Source: Acutalibacteraceae bacterium
GTDB taxonomy: Bacteria; Bacillota; Clostridia; Oscillospirales; Acutalibacteraceae
DNA: 64,000 nucleotides
Assembly (NCBI GenBank): GCA_045634325.1
Contig: JAZRAA010000040.1
Span: 33,002 to 97,001, forward strand
Direction of reading: 5' to 3'
In this document: one piece after another, positions 1 through 9,766 of the stretch
Position numbering within the stretch: the stretch's first letter is position 1
Layout of the letters: each line of letters starts with the position of its first letter
Notes under the pieces: model-generated
The model's input: only the letters and a program-made list of their open reading frames with translations
The model's database searches: none
What the model was told of the DNA's origin: nothing
Program-made: the position numbers and the translations under genes

Positions 1-149
1 ACATAGTCTTCGAGGTCGGCATGGTCTTCGGTGATGTCCACCAAAACGTCGATGATGGCTTTGAGCAATTTGCCCTCTTTGGTGGTTTCATCTAATTGCA
101 GTCCCTCTGCGAGACCTTTGATATACGCAACTTTTTCGATGGTGGTCAT
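1..149 (-). CDS. hypothetical protein, N-terminal 49 codons only (continues beyond window start)
   Basis: ATG at 147-149 (minus) with GGAGG at 157-161. Translation is MTTIEKVAYIKGLAEGLQLDETTKEGKLLKAIIDVLVDITEDHADLEDY. It lies directly downstream of efp and recalls the CD1247 N-terminal-domain proteins found next to efp in clostridia, but I cannot verify the family. Confidence 0.45.
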   Translation of the reverse strand, partial: MTTIEKVAYIKGLAEGLQLDETTKEGKLLKAIIDVLVDITEDHADLEDY

Positions 150-167
150 AGTAAATCCTCCTTTAAA

Positions 168-725
168 TTACGCACGCTCCATGTATTCGCCGGTACGGGT
201 ATCGATACGAATCATTTCGCCTTCTTCAATGAACAACGGCACTTTTACCTGTGCGCCGGTTTCCAAAGTAGCAGGTTTGGTAGCGTTGGTAGCAGTGTCG
301 CCTTTGAAACCAGGGTCGGTTTGGCTGACCTGCAGTTCCACAAAGTTGGGGGGTTCTACACCGAACACCTTTCCTTTATAGGACATCACGCGGCACACCA
401 TGTTCTCTTTAACAAATTTAAAGTTGTCAGACAAAACGTCAGCGCCGATAGGCATCAATTCATAGGTTTCGCCATCCATGAAATAGTACAAATCGCCATC
501 GTTGTAGGAGTATTCCATTTCTTTTCTCTCAACGTAAGCGGTCGGATATTTATCGGTCGGGCTGAAAGTTTTTTCCACCACAGAACCCGCAATCACGTTA
601 CGGATTTTGGTACGCACGAAAGCCGCGCCTTTACCGGGTTTTACGTGTTGGAATTCGATGATTTGATAGACGTTACCGTCCATTTCAAAGGTTACGCCAT
701 TGCGAAAATCACCAGCAGATATCAT
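168..725 (-). CDS. efp: elongation factor P
   Basis: 185-aa ORF with the conserved [12 protein letters not shown] loop and EF-P length. GGAGG at 736-740. Confidence 0.96.
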   Translation of the reverse strand: MISAGDFRNGVTFEMDGNVYQIIEFQHVKPGKGAAFVRTKIRNVIAGSVVEKTFSPTDKYPTAYVERKEMEYSYNDGDLYYFMDGETYELMPIGADVLSDNFKFVKENMVCRVMSYKGKVFGVEPPNFVELQVSQTDPGFKGDTATNATKPATLETGAQVKVPLFIEEGEMIRIDTRTGEYMERA

Positions 726-759
726 AATTGTTATACCTCCAATTATATAGTTCTATACT

Positions 760-788
760 ATTTTACAGCAATCTGTATTTTTTTGCAA
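760..788 (-). promoter_or_regulatory. sigma-A type promoter for efp (TTGCAA-N17-TAAAAT)
   Basis: Minus strand has -35 TTGCAA (783-788), a 17-nt spacer and -10 TAAAAT (760-765), about 35 nt upstream of the efp ATG. Confidence 0.5.
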
Positions 789-825
789 GTGGTAACATAC
801 ATTTTTACCCAAAAATATGCAAAAA

Positions 826-1887
826 TCAAATAATAATCAATTGTTTAGGTGTCTTTGTGAGATTTTCACAACCATTTTGGGCGAGCAACACCATGTCTTC
901 TATGCGCACACCGAAACGACCCGGTAAATAAATGCCCGGTTCCACCGTCACCACACTACCAACTTTCAGCGGTGTATCTGCCGCCGAGGGTGAAAGTCTT
1001 GGCGCTTCGTGAATTTCCACGCCAACGCCATGACCGGTACCGTGACCGAAATAAGCACCATATCCGGCGGCGGTAATAACATCCCTTGCAGCCGCATCTA
1101 CCAATTTGCCGGAAACACCGGCACGCACCGTATCCAAAGCCGCCATCTGTGCTGCTAAAACCGTATCATACACCTTTTGTTGTTCATCGGTGACAAAGCC
1201 CATCGCTACCGTGCGGGTCATGTCCGCATGATACCCTTGATACAGCGCACCGAAATCCATGGTGACAAAATCGCCTTGCTCCAATGGTTTATCGGTTGGC
1301 ACGCCATGCGGACGAGAACTGTTTGCACCCGATACGACAATGGGGTCAAACGAAATCCCGTCAGCGCCGTTGTTGCGCATAAAAAATTCCAGTTCCAGCG
1401 CCACTTCTCGTTCAGTCACACCCACCCGCAAAAAGTCTAAAATATGCTCAAACGCCTGTTCGGTAATGGTTTGCGCACGCCGTAAACTCGCTATTTCCAG
1501 ACCGTCCTTTTGTACACGGGCATCACCCAACGCTGTTTGTAAAGCGTCATCGGTCACAAGCTGACAAGGTAAGTTTTGCAAAGCCGATAACTCGCCCAAT
1601 GTCACGGTCTGTTCCAACAGCATTTGTCCAATTTGTTCTTGTTCCAACAACCGTTCCACCGTTTTCAGCAAGCTGTCGCAACAAACACATTGCATGTGTT
1701 TCACCGCTTCTTCTGCCGCTTCTATATACCTTGAATCGGTGAGTAAAAAGGCGTTTTTTTCGGTCAGCAAAACAGCACCGTCAGTGAAATCAAAGCCCGA
1801 CAAATAGCGGCACGACGGCACAGACAAGCACAATGCCGCTTTGTTATCCGACAACAACGATTGTATGGTTTGTAACCGTCTTTTCAT
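826..1887 (-). CDS. Xaa-Pro aminopeptidase / M24B metallopeptidase
   Basis: M24 metal-ligand blocks DFGALYQGYHADMTRT, HGTGHGVGVEIHE and VEPGIY. Start trimmed to ATG 1885-1887 (MKRRLQTIQ...), 5 nt after the upstream stop; the longer track ORF would overlap the upstream gene by 80 nt. Confidence 0.85.
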   Translation of the reverse strand: MKRRLQTIQSLLSDNKAALCLSVPSCRYLSGFDFTDGAVLLTEKNAFLLTDSRYIEAAEEAVKHMQCVCCDSLLKTVERLLEQEQIGQMLLEQTVTLGELSALQNLPCQLVTDDALQTALGDARVQKDGLEIASLRRAQTITEQAFEHILDFLRVGVTEREVALELEFFMRNNGADGISFDPIVVSGANSSRPHGVPTDKPLEQGDFVTMDFGALYQGYHADMTRTVAMGFVTDEQQKVYDTVLAAQMAALDTVRAGVSGKLVDAAARDVITAAGYGAYFGHGTGHGVGVEIHEAPRLSPSAADTPLKVGSVVTVEPGIYLPGRFGVRIEDMVLLAQNGCENLTKTPKQLIII

Positions 1888-1891
1888 ACCA

Positions 1892-2746
1892 TCAGCCTTT
1901 CTGTGCAAGGTACAATTGCTGCATACATGCGGCATCTGCTGTTTGGGTGCCGTCGGATTCACAAATGACAACCGGCGCCATATCTCGCTCGGCGAACAAG
2001 GTCATAAGCGGTGCGGGGTCGGGACCGAACACGTCATCCGCAAAGGTGAGATGTTTTTTCTCGCCGCCCGCTGTATATTCAATCTTGGAAAAATGCACGT
2101 GGAAACAGTTGCCACGCTCGGTACCGATCGTGTTCGAAATAGTGTCCAGCACCTTGGCAAATGCCGTTTTATCACATAACAAACCACCCGTGCGACTGTT
2201 GAGGTGTCCGAAATCCACACATGGTAAAAACCGCTCGTCTACACCGCACATGGTCAGCACCTCTTCCAAAGTGCCGAGTTGATTGATTTTGCCCATCACT
2301 TCGGGACAAATATGCACCTGCGAAAAACCGTTTTCGTCCAGTGCTTTTTGCGCTTTTTTCAAAGTTTCCACAGCAATAGCGGTGGCCTCTTCACGAGAAC
2401 GTCCACCCAATCCGCCGGGATGCACAACGATGCGGTCTCCACCCAAGCGGGTCACAGCTTGGGCGCTCTCCAGAATATATCGCACACTGTTATCACGCTT
2501 TTCTTCCTCGGCGGAAGCCAGCGAAATATAATACGGTGCATGTAAAGACAGTTGCACCGCATGCTTTTCTGCCGCAGCGCGCAGCGCAATAGCAGTCGCA
2601 TCGCTCAACCGCACGCCTCTGCCACATTGGTACTCATACGCATGCAAATCTTTTTCTGCCAAAAAAGCAGGCATTTGCGCAGTCGATTTATACCCCGCAG
2701 CATAAAACGCATCACAGTTGCCTGCCGGTCCGAATTTTGCGGTCAT
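1892..2746 (-). CDS. endonuclease IV-like (AP endonuclease family 2 / xylose-isomerase-like TIM barrel) protein
   Basis: Ordered His/Asp/Glu ligand blocks LHAPYY, VVHPG, ICPE, VDFGH and HVHF. ATG 2744-2746 forms an ATGA overlap with the yqeG stop. Confidence 0.6.
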   Translation of the reverse strand: MTAKFGPAGNCDAFYAAGYKSTAQMPAFLAEKDLHAYEYQCGRGVRLSDATAIALRAAAEKHAVQLSLHAPYYISLASAEEEKRDNSVRYILESAQAVTRLGGDRIVVHPGGLGGRSREEATAIAVETLKKAQKALDENGFSQVHICPEVMGKINQLGTLEEVLTMCGVDERFLPCVDFGHLNSRTGGLLCDKTAFAKVLDTISNTIGTERGNCFHVHFSKIEYTAGGEKKHLTFADDVFGPDPAPLMTLFAERDMAPVVICESDGTQTADAACMQQLYLAQKG

Positions 2747-3240
2747 GTCTGCACCTCCCAATGTTTCATAATACGGCGTTCCAATTTGCGCTTGAAACGA
2801 ATAAACGGTTTATCGGTTTCGGGAGAGCGGGGCAACACCTGTATCACACGGATACCCGCCAATTTACCGCCCCACACATCAGTGAAAATCTGGTCACCTA
2901 TAACAACACATTCCCGCCGCTTTAAACCGTACTGCTTTTTGATACGCAAAAAGCCAAACGGCAACGGTTTTGCCGCCATTGCAATAAAAGGCAAACCCAA
3001 TTTTTCTGCAAACGGACGGATGCGTGCGCGTTTTCCGTTGGATACAATCATTGGGATAATGCCCGCGGATTGTACTGACTCTAACCACGCAGACACCTCT
3101 TGAGGCAACTGCTGGCTATCATGCGCAGTGAGTGTGTTATCCACATCTAACAGCACCATCTTTATCCCCCACGCTTGTAGGGTTTCCACAGAAATGCAGG
3201 TTATAGATTTTTTGAGCATAAACGGTTTAAAAAGCGACAT
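2743..3240 (-). CDS. yqeG: YqeG-family HAD-IIIA phosphatase
   Basis: 165 aa with HAD motifs LLDVDNTLT, IVSNG and IGDQIFTD. GGGAGGG SD at 3247-3253. Confidence 0.85.
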   Translation of the reverse strand: MSLFKPFMLKKSITCISVETLQAWGIKMVLLDVDNTLTAHDSQQLPQEVSAWLESVQSAGIIPMIVSNGKRARIRPFAEKLGLPFIAMAAKPLPFGFLRIKKQYGLKRRECVVIGDQIFTDVWGGKLAGIRVIQVLPRSPETDKPFIRFKRKLERRIMKHWEVQT

Positions 3241-3254
3241 ATCTTTCCCTCCCG

Positions 3255-3292
3255 AAAAGAGAAAAGACAGGCATGAAACATGCCCGTCTTTT
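3255..3292 (-). terminator. rho-independent terminator after rpsU
   Basis: Minus-strand hairpin AAAGACGGGCATG/CATGCCTGTCTTT (3263-3291, one mismatch) followed by a TCTCTTTTC run. Confidence 0.7.
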
Positions 3293-3301
3293 GTTGAGAA
3301 C

Positions 3302-3478
3302 TTATTTGAATTTTCTCTTGCGCGCAGCTTCGGATTTTTTCTTACGCTTCACGGAAGGTTTCTCGTAATGCTCTCTTTTGCGCACTTCGGCGAGAACGCC
3401 GGAACGCGCGCAAGATTTCTTCCATCTACGCAGAGCGCTATCCAAAGATTCGTTTTCTCTTACTCGAACTTCTGACAT
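3302..3478 (-). CDS. rpsU: 30S ribosomal protein S21
   Basis: 58-aa ORF below the ORF-track cutoff: [70 protein letters not shown] at 3485-3494, with its own promoter and terminator. Confidence 0.93.
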   Translation of the reverse strand: MSEVRVRENESLDSALRRWKKSCARSGVLAEVRKREHYEKPSVKRKKKSEAARKRKFK

Positions 3479-3526
3479 CTTATTCCCTCCCTCCGCCTGA
3501 CAGCAGGGGTTATTTTCATAAAATGA

Positions 3527-3556
3527 ATTATACTATATAAAGGTAACATCTGTCAA
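3527..3556 (-). promoter_or_regulatory. consensus sigma-A promoter for rpsU (TTGACA-N18-TATAAT)
   Basis: Minus strand has TTGACA (3551-3556), an 18-nt spacer and TATAAT (3527-3532), immediately after the leuS stop. Confidence 0.6.
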
Positions 3557-3560
3557 GAGT

Positions 3561-5966
3561 TTATTTTGCAACAATATTCAACAATTTACCTTTAACATAG
3601 ATTTCTTTGATAATTGTCTTGCCTTCCAGTGCCGCTGCAACACGTTCTTCCGCTTTTGCGAGCGCCACAACCTCGTCTTGCGACGCATCGGGAGACACGG
3701 TCACTTTGCCGCGAATTTTACCGCAAACCTGCACCACGACCTCTGCTTGTTGGTCACGGCTCTTGGCCTCATCATACTGCGGCCATTCACTTTCGGCAAT
3801 GGTACCGGCAAATCCAAGCTGTTCCCAAATTTCCTCGGTGATGTGCGGAGCAAACGGGTTAAGCAAAATGAGCAAAATACGGTATTCTTCTTTGGTGACG
3901 CCGCCCGCCGCATTCAATTCGTTGAGCAATGCCATCATAGCCGCAATTGCCGTATTATATTTCAAATTCTCAATGTCTTCGCCGACTTTGAAGATGGTTT
4001 TGTGCACGGCACTCTCCACCTGCGGACGAACACCGTCACCCTCTACCAACTGGTCCTGCAACGCCCACACACGTTCCAAGAAACGACGAGAACCACGAAT
4101 GCTGGAATTGGACCACGGTGCAGCTTTTTCAAAGTCACCGATGAACATTTCATACACACGCAACGTATCCGCGCCAAATTCATTAACAATATCGTCAGGG
4201 TTGACCACATTGCCGCGGGATTTGGACATTTTCTCACCATTCTCACCCAAAATCATGCCATGGCTGGTACGTTTAGCATACGGTTCTTTGGTGGGAACGA
4301 CACCGATGTCATACAAGAATTTATGCCAGAAGCGGCTGTACAGCAAGTGCAGGGTGGTATGCTCCATACCGCCGTTGTACCAGTTGACAGGTGTCCAATA
4401 TTCCAACGCTTCTTTGGAAGCCAACGCTTGCTGGTTATGCGGGTCGGCATACCGCAAGAAATACCAAGAAGAACCCGCCCACTGCGGCATGGTATCGGTT
4501 TCACGTTTAGCGGCACCACCACAGCAAGGACAAGTCGTGTTGACCCAGTCGGTCATAGCGGCAAGCGGAGACTCACCACTGTCGGTCGGTTCATAGCTGT
4601 CCACCATCGGCAAGCGAAGCGGCAGCTCTTCTTCCGGAACCGGTACAAAACCGCACTTCTCACAATGGATAATCGGAATCGGCTCGCCCCAATACCGCTG
4701 ACGAGAGAACACCCAGTCACGCAGTTTGAAATTCACTTTGCGTTCGCCGATACCTTTTTCAGCGAGGAAATCTTTAATCGCTTCTTTGGCTTCTTCCACG
4801 GTTTTGCCATCGAGGAAACCCGAATTGACCATTACGCCGGTATCGCAGTCTGTAAAGGCTTCCGCCTGTACATCGCCACCTTTGACAACTTCCACAATCG
4901 GCAGATCGAATTTCTTCGCAAATTCCCAGTCACGTGTATCATGTGCGGGTACCGCCATGATAGCGCCGGTGCCATAGGAAATCAGTACATAATCCGAAAT
5001 GAAAATCGGAATTTCTTTGCCGTTTACCGGATTGATAGCTTTCACACCATCCAATTTCACGCCGGTTTTTTCTTTGACAACCTCGGTGCGTTCAAAGTCA
5101 GACTTTTGTGCCGCCATCTGCTGATAGGCTTCAATCTCAGAAACATTACCGAGTGTTTCTTTCCATTTTTCCAACAAGGGATGTTCGGGAGAAATAACCA
5201 TATAGGTTGCGCCGAACAGCGTATCGGGACGAGTGGTATATACCTGCAACGTATCCCCTAACGTCGTTTCGAAATTGACCAAAGCGCCGGTGGAACGGCC
5301 AATCCAGTTGACCTGTTGTGCACGTACACGCTCAGGATACTCCACCAAATCCAAATCGTCAATCAAACGCTGTGCGTAAGCGGTGATTTTCAGCATCCAC
5401 TGGCTTTTTACCTTATGCACAACTTGACCGCCGCAACGCTCACAAACGCCGCCCACCACTTCTTCATTGGCAAGCACGCATTTACAACCGGTACACCAGT
5501 TGACCGACATTTCCTTTTTATAGGCAAGACCTTTTTTAAACAGTTGCAGGAAAATCCACTGTGTCCACTTATAGTACGCAGGGTCGGTTGTATTGATTTC
5601 TCTGGTCCAGTCAAACGAAAGGCCCAAAGATTGCAACTGCGCTTTGAAACGAGCGATATTATTCTTGGTCACAATTTCAGGGTGGATGTGGTTCTTAATA
5701 GCAAAATTTTCGGTGGGCAGACCGAAAGCATCCCAGCCCATCGGATACAGTACATTATATCCCTGCAAACGACGTTTACGCGCCAAAATATCCAGAGCAG
5801 TATACGAACGGGGGTGTCCCACGTGCAAGCCCTGGCCCGACGGATACGGAAATTCCACCAGTGCAAAATATGCAGGTTTGCTATGGTCATCCGACGCCGC
5901 AAAGGTGTTTTCCTTCACCCATTTATCTTGCCATTTCTTCTCGATTTCTGCATGATTGTAACGCAT
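3561..5966 (-). CDS. leuS: leucine--tRNA ligase
   Basis: 801 aa with class I signatures HVGH (HIGH) and KMSKS. The ATG abuts the rsfS stop with a 0-nt gap. Confidence 0.98.
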   Translation of the reverse strand: MRYNHAEIEKKWQDKWVKENTFAASDDHSKPAYFALVEFPYPSGQGLHVGHPRSYTALDILARKRRLQGYNVLYPMGWDAFGLPTENFAIKNHIHPEIVTKNNIARFKAQLQSLGLSFDWTREINTTDPAYYKWTQWIFLQLFKKGLAYKKEMSVNWCTGCKCVLANEEVVGGVCERCGGQVVHKVKSQWMLKITAYAQRLIDDLDLVEYPERVRAQQVNWIGRSTGALVNFETTLGDTLQVYTTRPDTLFGATYMVISPEHPLLEKWKETLGNVSEIEAYQQMAAQKSDFERTEVVKEKTGVKLDGVKAINPVNGKEIPIFISDYVLISYGTGAIMAVPAHDTRDWEFAKKFDLPIVEVVKGGDVQAEAFTDCDTGVMVNSGFLDGKTVEEAKEAIKDFLAEKGIGERKVNFKLRDWVFSRQRYWGEPIPIIHCEKCGFVPVPEEELPLRLPMVDSYEPTDSGESPLAAMTDWVNTTCPCCGGAAKRETDTMPQWAGSSWYFLRYADPHNQQALASKEALEYWTPVNWYNGGMEHTTLHLLYSRFWHKFLYDIGVVPTKEPYAKRTSHGMILGENGEKMSKSRGNVVNPDDIVNEFGADTLRVYEMFIGDFEKAAPWSNSSIRGSRRFLERVWALQDQLVEGDGVRPQVESAVHKTIFKVGEDIENLKYNTAIAAMMALLNELNAAGGVTKEEYRILLILLNPFAPHITEEIWEQLGFAGTIAESEWPQYDEAKSRDQQAEVVVQVCGKIRGKVTVSPDASQDEVVALAKAEERVAAALEGKTIIKEIYVKGKLLNIVAK

Positions 5967-6335
5967 TTATATCTCCTCGGTTTCCATAAATTCTGTAATA
6001 TCCACAGCGGCACCGTCTTTCCACAGCCGCTCTAAATCATAAAACTCGCGCGCTTCTTGCAAAAAAACGTGTAAGATAACCTCACCGTAATCCAGCAAAA
6101 TCCAACGCGCTTGGGTTTGATACCCTTCCACCCGTTGCGGTTGCACCTCACGCATGCCAAGTTCCTTCTCGACATAGTCGCAAAGCGCCTTTACCTGCGT
6201 GGTGCTGCCGCCGGTAGCAAAAACAAAGTAATCGGTGATAGCCGAAATACCACGCACGTCAATGGCCACGATATCTTTCGCCAAATGTTTATCCAGCGAG
6301 CGTATCATCAGCGCTAATTTTTCATTTCCGGTCAT
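5967..6335 (-). CDS. rsfS: ribosome silencing factor RsfS
   Basis: Core sequence DIVAIDVRGISAITDYFVFATGGSTTQVKAL...ILLDYGEVILHVF. Start trimmed to ATG 6333-6335 with GGAGG at 6340-6344; the 44-aa extension in the track overlaps the LCP gene. Confidence 0.9.
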   Translation of the reverse strand: MTGNEKLALMIRSLDKHLAKDIVAIDVRGISAITDYFVFATGGSTTQVKALCDYVEKELGMREVQPQRVEGYQTQARWILLDYGEVILHVFLQEAREFYDLERLWKDGAAVDITEFMETEEI

Positions 6336-6345
6336 ACTACCTCCA

Positions 6346-7656
6346 TCAAGATGCAGTCGTAGTCGTCGCAGCGGGAGCGGTCGTGGTGGGCACGCTCTGC
6401 TCCACCGCAATTTCACCCATCGCTTGTTCACGAACATCCACCGTAGCGGACGTGTTAGCGATTTCATTGATTTGCAGGTGCTCTTCTTTCATTTCAATGC
6501 CGTAAGGATTGAATTTTTCCTGCAACAATTTCACTGCCGCCGCCTTATTCACACCAAAGTAACTCGCGGAACCGAGTTTGGTGGCATTGCCCGGCAAGAT
6601 ACAGAAAACAGCATTATTCGGTTCAATCTTTTTGAAGTGCTTGATCAATTTTGTCAAGCTCTCCGCAAAGGTCATATTTTCCGTGCTGCCGGCATGAATG
6701 CCCGCCATCATCTTCGCAACCGCTTGCGCATTGGTATTGGTACGCGGCGGGTTTGCGCCGGACATCATCGGCGCAATGACATTTTTAAGCAATTCGTTCT
6801 CGTCCATTGCGGACAACCGTTGCAACAATGCCGTCCACACCTTGCGCTGACGGCAGATGCGGTCAATATCCTTTTGCGGTGTACTGTTGAAACTATACTC
6901 GGTGACATAATAGTATGCCGCCTCACCGCTTAAAACCTGTTTGCCTGCGGCATAGCTGACCTCGCCCACTTTCATATAGGCTTCCAGGTCTACGTCCACA
7001 CCGCCGACACTATTCACCAGTTCTTTCAAAGTCGCGGGAGATAACAGGAAATAGTTATCAACCGGCATACTAAACTGATCGTTAAACACCGCAAGCAGAC
7101 TTTCCACCGCCGAGCCTGTTTTTTCGGTCAGAGCAGTGCCGCAAACCGTGTGTTTGCCGTCTTTTTGCTCCGGCTCATATACACGGCCTCGACAGGTTTC
7201 ACACCACACAAGCGGCGTAGGATTGTTCCATACGTTGCCGATACGACTCACCGTCCAATCGGCAGTATTGCCGATATAGGTATCCACCGGCACCTGCAAA
7301 AAGCGTACGTTCTTTGCCGCTTTATCGTAGCATACAAGAGTGAGCATATCCATCGGGTCGGTTTCGTTTTCACCGGTCAAACCGACAAGGAAATACGAAA
7401 CTTTTTTCTCTTGAGCCACCGGAGTGGTGTCATAGGTATACAACTCTACTTCGTGCTTATTTGCACCACTGGAAAAACTGGAAGCAACACCATACACCAC
7501 AATCGCAATAAAAACCAACGACAACGTAATCAAAATCGCAAGCATTACACGAATAATCACCGTACCGGTTGTCGCTTTTTTCTTCTTTTTCTTACGCACG
7601 CCGGCAGTAGATGCCAAGCTGACCTGCCCTTTGGTTTTACGCGTATTATTTGCCAT
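6346..7656 (-). CDS. LCP (LytR-CpsA-Psr) family envelope protein with N-terminal TM anchor
   Basis: 436 aa with a basic N-terminus plus TM (VIIRVMLAILITLSLVFIAIVVYGV). LCP-like core is MDMLTLVCYD...VRFLQVPVDTYI and the C-terminal tail is Thr-rich. GGGGAGG SD at 7666-7672. Confidence 0.6.
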   Translation of the reverse strand: MANNTRKTKGQVSLASTAGVRKKKKKKATTGTVIIRVMLAILITLSLVFIAIVVYGVASSFSSGANKHEVELYTYDTTPVAQEKKVSYFLVGLTGENETDPMDMLTLVCYDKAAKNVRFLQVPVDTYIGNTADWTVSRIGNVWNNPTPLVWCETCRGRVYEPEQKDGKHTVCGTALTEKTGSAVESLLAVFNDQFSMPVDNYFLLSPATLKELVNSVGGVDVDLEAYMKVGEVSYAAGKQVLSGEAAYYYVTEYSFNSTPQKDIDRICRQRKVWTALLQRLSAMDENELLKNVIAPMMSGANPPRTNTNAQAVAKMMAGIHAGSTENMTFAESLTKLIKHFKKIEPNNAVFCILPGNATKLGSASYFGVNKAAAVKLLQEKFNPYGIEMKEEHLQINEIANTSATVDVREQAMGEIAVEQSVPTTTAPAATTTTAS

Positions 7657-7658
7657 AC

Positions 7659-8837
7659 TCAGTTGCCTCCCCTTTCGATTTCATCTAATGCAGCCAACGT
7701 GTCGGGATGCACGGTGGCACCTTTTTTCTCCAAATCCCGTACCGTATATCGTAAAGCATACCCCATCGCCTCTTCCAGCGAGCTGTCTGCCAAACGGCGC
7801 ATCACGTCCACATCGGGATAGGTGCGGTCAGCAGATATGAAATCTGCAATATACAGCACCTTTTCAAGTAAAGACATCCCTGCTCGCGCGGTGGTATGGT
7901 AGTATACGGCGTGCACGATGTCCATATCCTCAACATGCAAAATGTGCTGTATAAAAGCGGCACCTGCATAGGCATGCCACAGCTTTGGTGCCTGCTTTTC
8001 AGCAACGCTTAACAGTATACCAAACTCTTTTAGAATTTGCAACTGTTCATTGCCGGAAACATCTTTCATTACATCGTGCAACAAACCCGCCACCCGTGCT
8101 TTGTCGGGGTCAGCGCCATACCGATGCGCCAGATATTCCGCAGAGTTCGCCACTTCCAAAGAGTGCAAGAAACGGTAATCCGATTCACGTTTACGGATAA
8201 TCTCAATAAAATGCGGTTCCATTTCACGCAAAGTGAGCGATTTTTTCTGCTCATATAATCCGTTTTCACGGATATAGGTTGCCACCCCTTGCGGTACATC
8301 TTGAACGATACCGTTCACAACACCGTCACGCACGGCAGTAGAAGATATATCCCCCACCGAAGTATCCGCAACATAAAAACGAGTATAGTGCGGCAACTGT
8401 GTTTTGGCATACTGCCGCAACATATCCGCTGAAATATCCGCGCGCGGCACCGTACACACCGTTGCCATGCGCAGAATTTCCTCGAAACGATACCACGTAC
8501 CCAGTGTCATGAACATATCCGCACCCACAAATAAATACCACTCGGCTTGCGGGTATTGCTCCGTGAGGGTTGTCAAAGTATCCACCGTGAAACTGGCACC
8601 GCCACGGGTGATTTCCAGGTCGGATACTTCGAAACGCGGGTCACAGGCAATCGCCATACGGCACATTTCCAAACGATGTGCCGCAGATGCCATATCTGCT
8701 GTCAATTTATGCGGCGGAACTAAAATGGGCATAAACAGCACCTTATCCAATGACAATGCATCTGCCAACATACCCGCCATCCGCAAATGCGCGGTATGAA
8801 TCGGATTAAAGGTGCCGCCGAACAACGCTATCTTCAT
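7659..8837 (-). CDS. nadD: fusion protein: nicotinate-nucleotide adenylyltransferase (NadD) + HD-domain YqeK phosphohydrolase
   Basis: The N-terminal half has GGTFNPIHTAHL (the nucleotidyltransferase HxGH-type motif). The C-terminal half has HSLEVANSAEYLA...GLLHDVMKD (YqeK HD domain). It is a single 392-aa ORF. Confidence 0.85.
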   Translation of the reverse strand: MKIALFGGTFNPIHTAHLRMAGMLADALSLDKVLFMPILVPPHKLTADMASAAHRLEMCRMAIACDPRFEVSDLEITRGGASFTVDTLTTLTEQYPQAEWYLFVGADMFMTLGTWYRFEEILRMATVCTVPRADISADMLRQYAKTQLPHYTRFYVADTSVGDISSTAVRDGVVNGIVQDVPQGVATYIRENGLYEQKKSLTLREMEPHFIEIIRKRESDYRFLHSLEVANSAEYLAHRYGADPDKARVAGLLHDVMKDVSGNEQLQILKEFGILLSVAEKQAPKLWHAYAGAAFIQHILHVEDMDIVHAVYYHTTARAGMSLLEKVLYIADFISADRTYPDVDVMRRLADSSLEEAMGYALRYTVRDLEKKGATVHPDTLAALDEIERGGN

Positions 8838-9130
8838 GCGCGAGGCAACACGATAACAGGTTCTTTTGCGGGACGATATAGCACGAAGGTACGGCCTACA
8901 ACCTGTACCACCGCACCATTAACGGCATCGGCAATCTGTGCCGCGGCTTCTTTAGCAGTCAGCGGTGCGGTTTCCAGCAATTTGCCTTTAATCAATTCTC
9001 TTGCTTCCAACGCATCGTCTGCTTGTTTGACCAACGTATCCACAATACCACCTTTACCCACATACACAATGGGTTGCAATGTATTAGCTTTCGCACGCAA
9101 AAATGCGCGTTGTTTACTTGTTAATTCCAT
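8834..9130 (-). CDS. yhbY: ribosome assembly RNA-binding protein YhbY (CRM domain)
   Basis: 98 aa starting LTSKQRAFLRAKANTLQPIVYVGKGG. ATGA overlap with the downstream nadD. Confidence 0.88.
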   Translation of the reverse strand: MELTSKQRAFLRAKANTLQPIVYVGKGGIVDTLVKQADDALEARELIKGKLLETAPLTAKEAAAQIADAVNGAVVQVVGRTFVLYRPAKEPVIVLPRA

Positions 9131-9141
9131 ATATACTTTCC

Positions 9142-9753
9142 TTACTTTCCGTACTTTTTAATGAATTCTTTCAATTGCGGTACAAAAGCCCGCAACGCTT
9201 TACCGCGATGGCTGATGGCGTCTTTTTCGGCATCCGAAATTTCTGCCGAAGTTTTGCCCTCATATTCCACGGTCACAAACAGCGGGTCATACCCAAAACC
9301 GTTCTCGCCCTTTGGCGCATACCCAATACTGCCACGTACAATACCGTTTGCGGTCACCGTATCGCCGTCGGGAAACACACAACAAATCGCCGACACGAAC
9401 TGTGCACCACGTTGCGCGGGGGGCACATCTTTGAGTGCATCCAGTAATTTTTCATTGCACTGTTCGTCGGTGCCGTTCTCTCCTGCATAGCGTGCGGAAT
9501 ATACGCCGGGTGCACCATCCAGAGCATCCACCATCAATCCCGAATCGTCTGCAATAGCGGGCAAGCCCGAAAACTCACAGGCAGATGCCGCTTTCAAATA
9601 AGCATTCTCGGCAAAAGTTTCACCGGTTTCATCTACTTCCGGCAACACAATGCCAAGGTCGGTATCGGTGACCGCCTCAATGCCGAGCGGCTCTAAAATA
9701 CGCCGCAATTCAAGCAATTTATGAGCATTATGAGTAGCAATGATAAAACGCAT
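9142..9753 (-). CDS. rdgB: non-canonical purine NTP pyrophosphatase (RdgB/Ham1 family)
   Basis: MRFIIATHNAHKLLE..., FGYDPLF and HRGKA motifs. Start trimmed to ATG 9751-9753 with an AAGGAG SD. Confidence 0.9.
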   Translation of the reverse strand: MRFIIATHNAHKLLELRRILEPLGIEAVTDTDLGIVLPEVDETGETFAENAYLKAASACEFSGLPAIADDSGLMVDALDGAPGVYSARYAGENGTDEQCNEKLLDALKDVPPAQRGAQFVSAICCVFPDGDTVTANGIVRGSIGYAPKGENGFGYDPLFVTVEYEGKTSAEISDAEKDAISHRGKALRAFVPQLKEFIKKYGK

Positions 9754-9766
9754 ATACTGTATCTCC

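Noticed and set aside
3678-5261. 527-aa ORF antisense to leuS.
   Set aside because: It is a shadow ORF inside leuS, which has the HIGH/KMSKS signatures. It has no translation signals and no motif.
5940-6000. Looked for a T-box leader upstream of leuS, which is common in Firmicutes.
   Set aside because: The leuS ATG directly abuts the rsfS stop codon (0-nt gap), so there is no room for a leader. leuS is evidently co-transcribed with rsfS.
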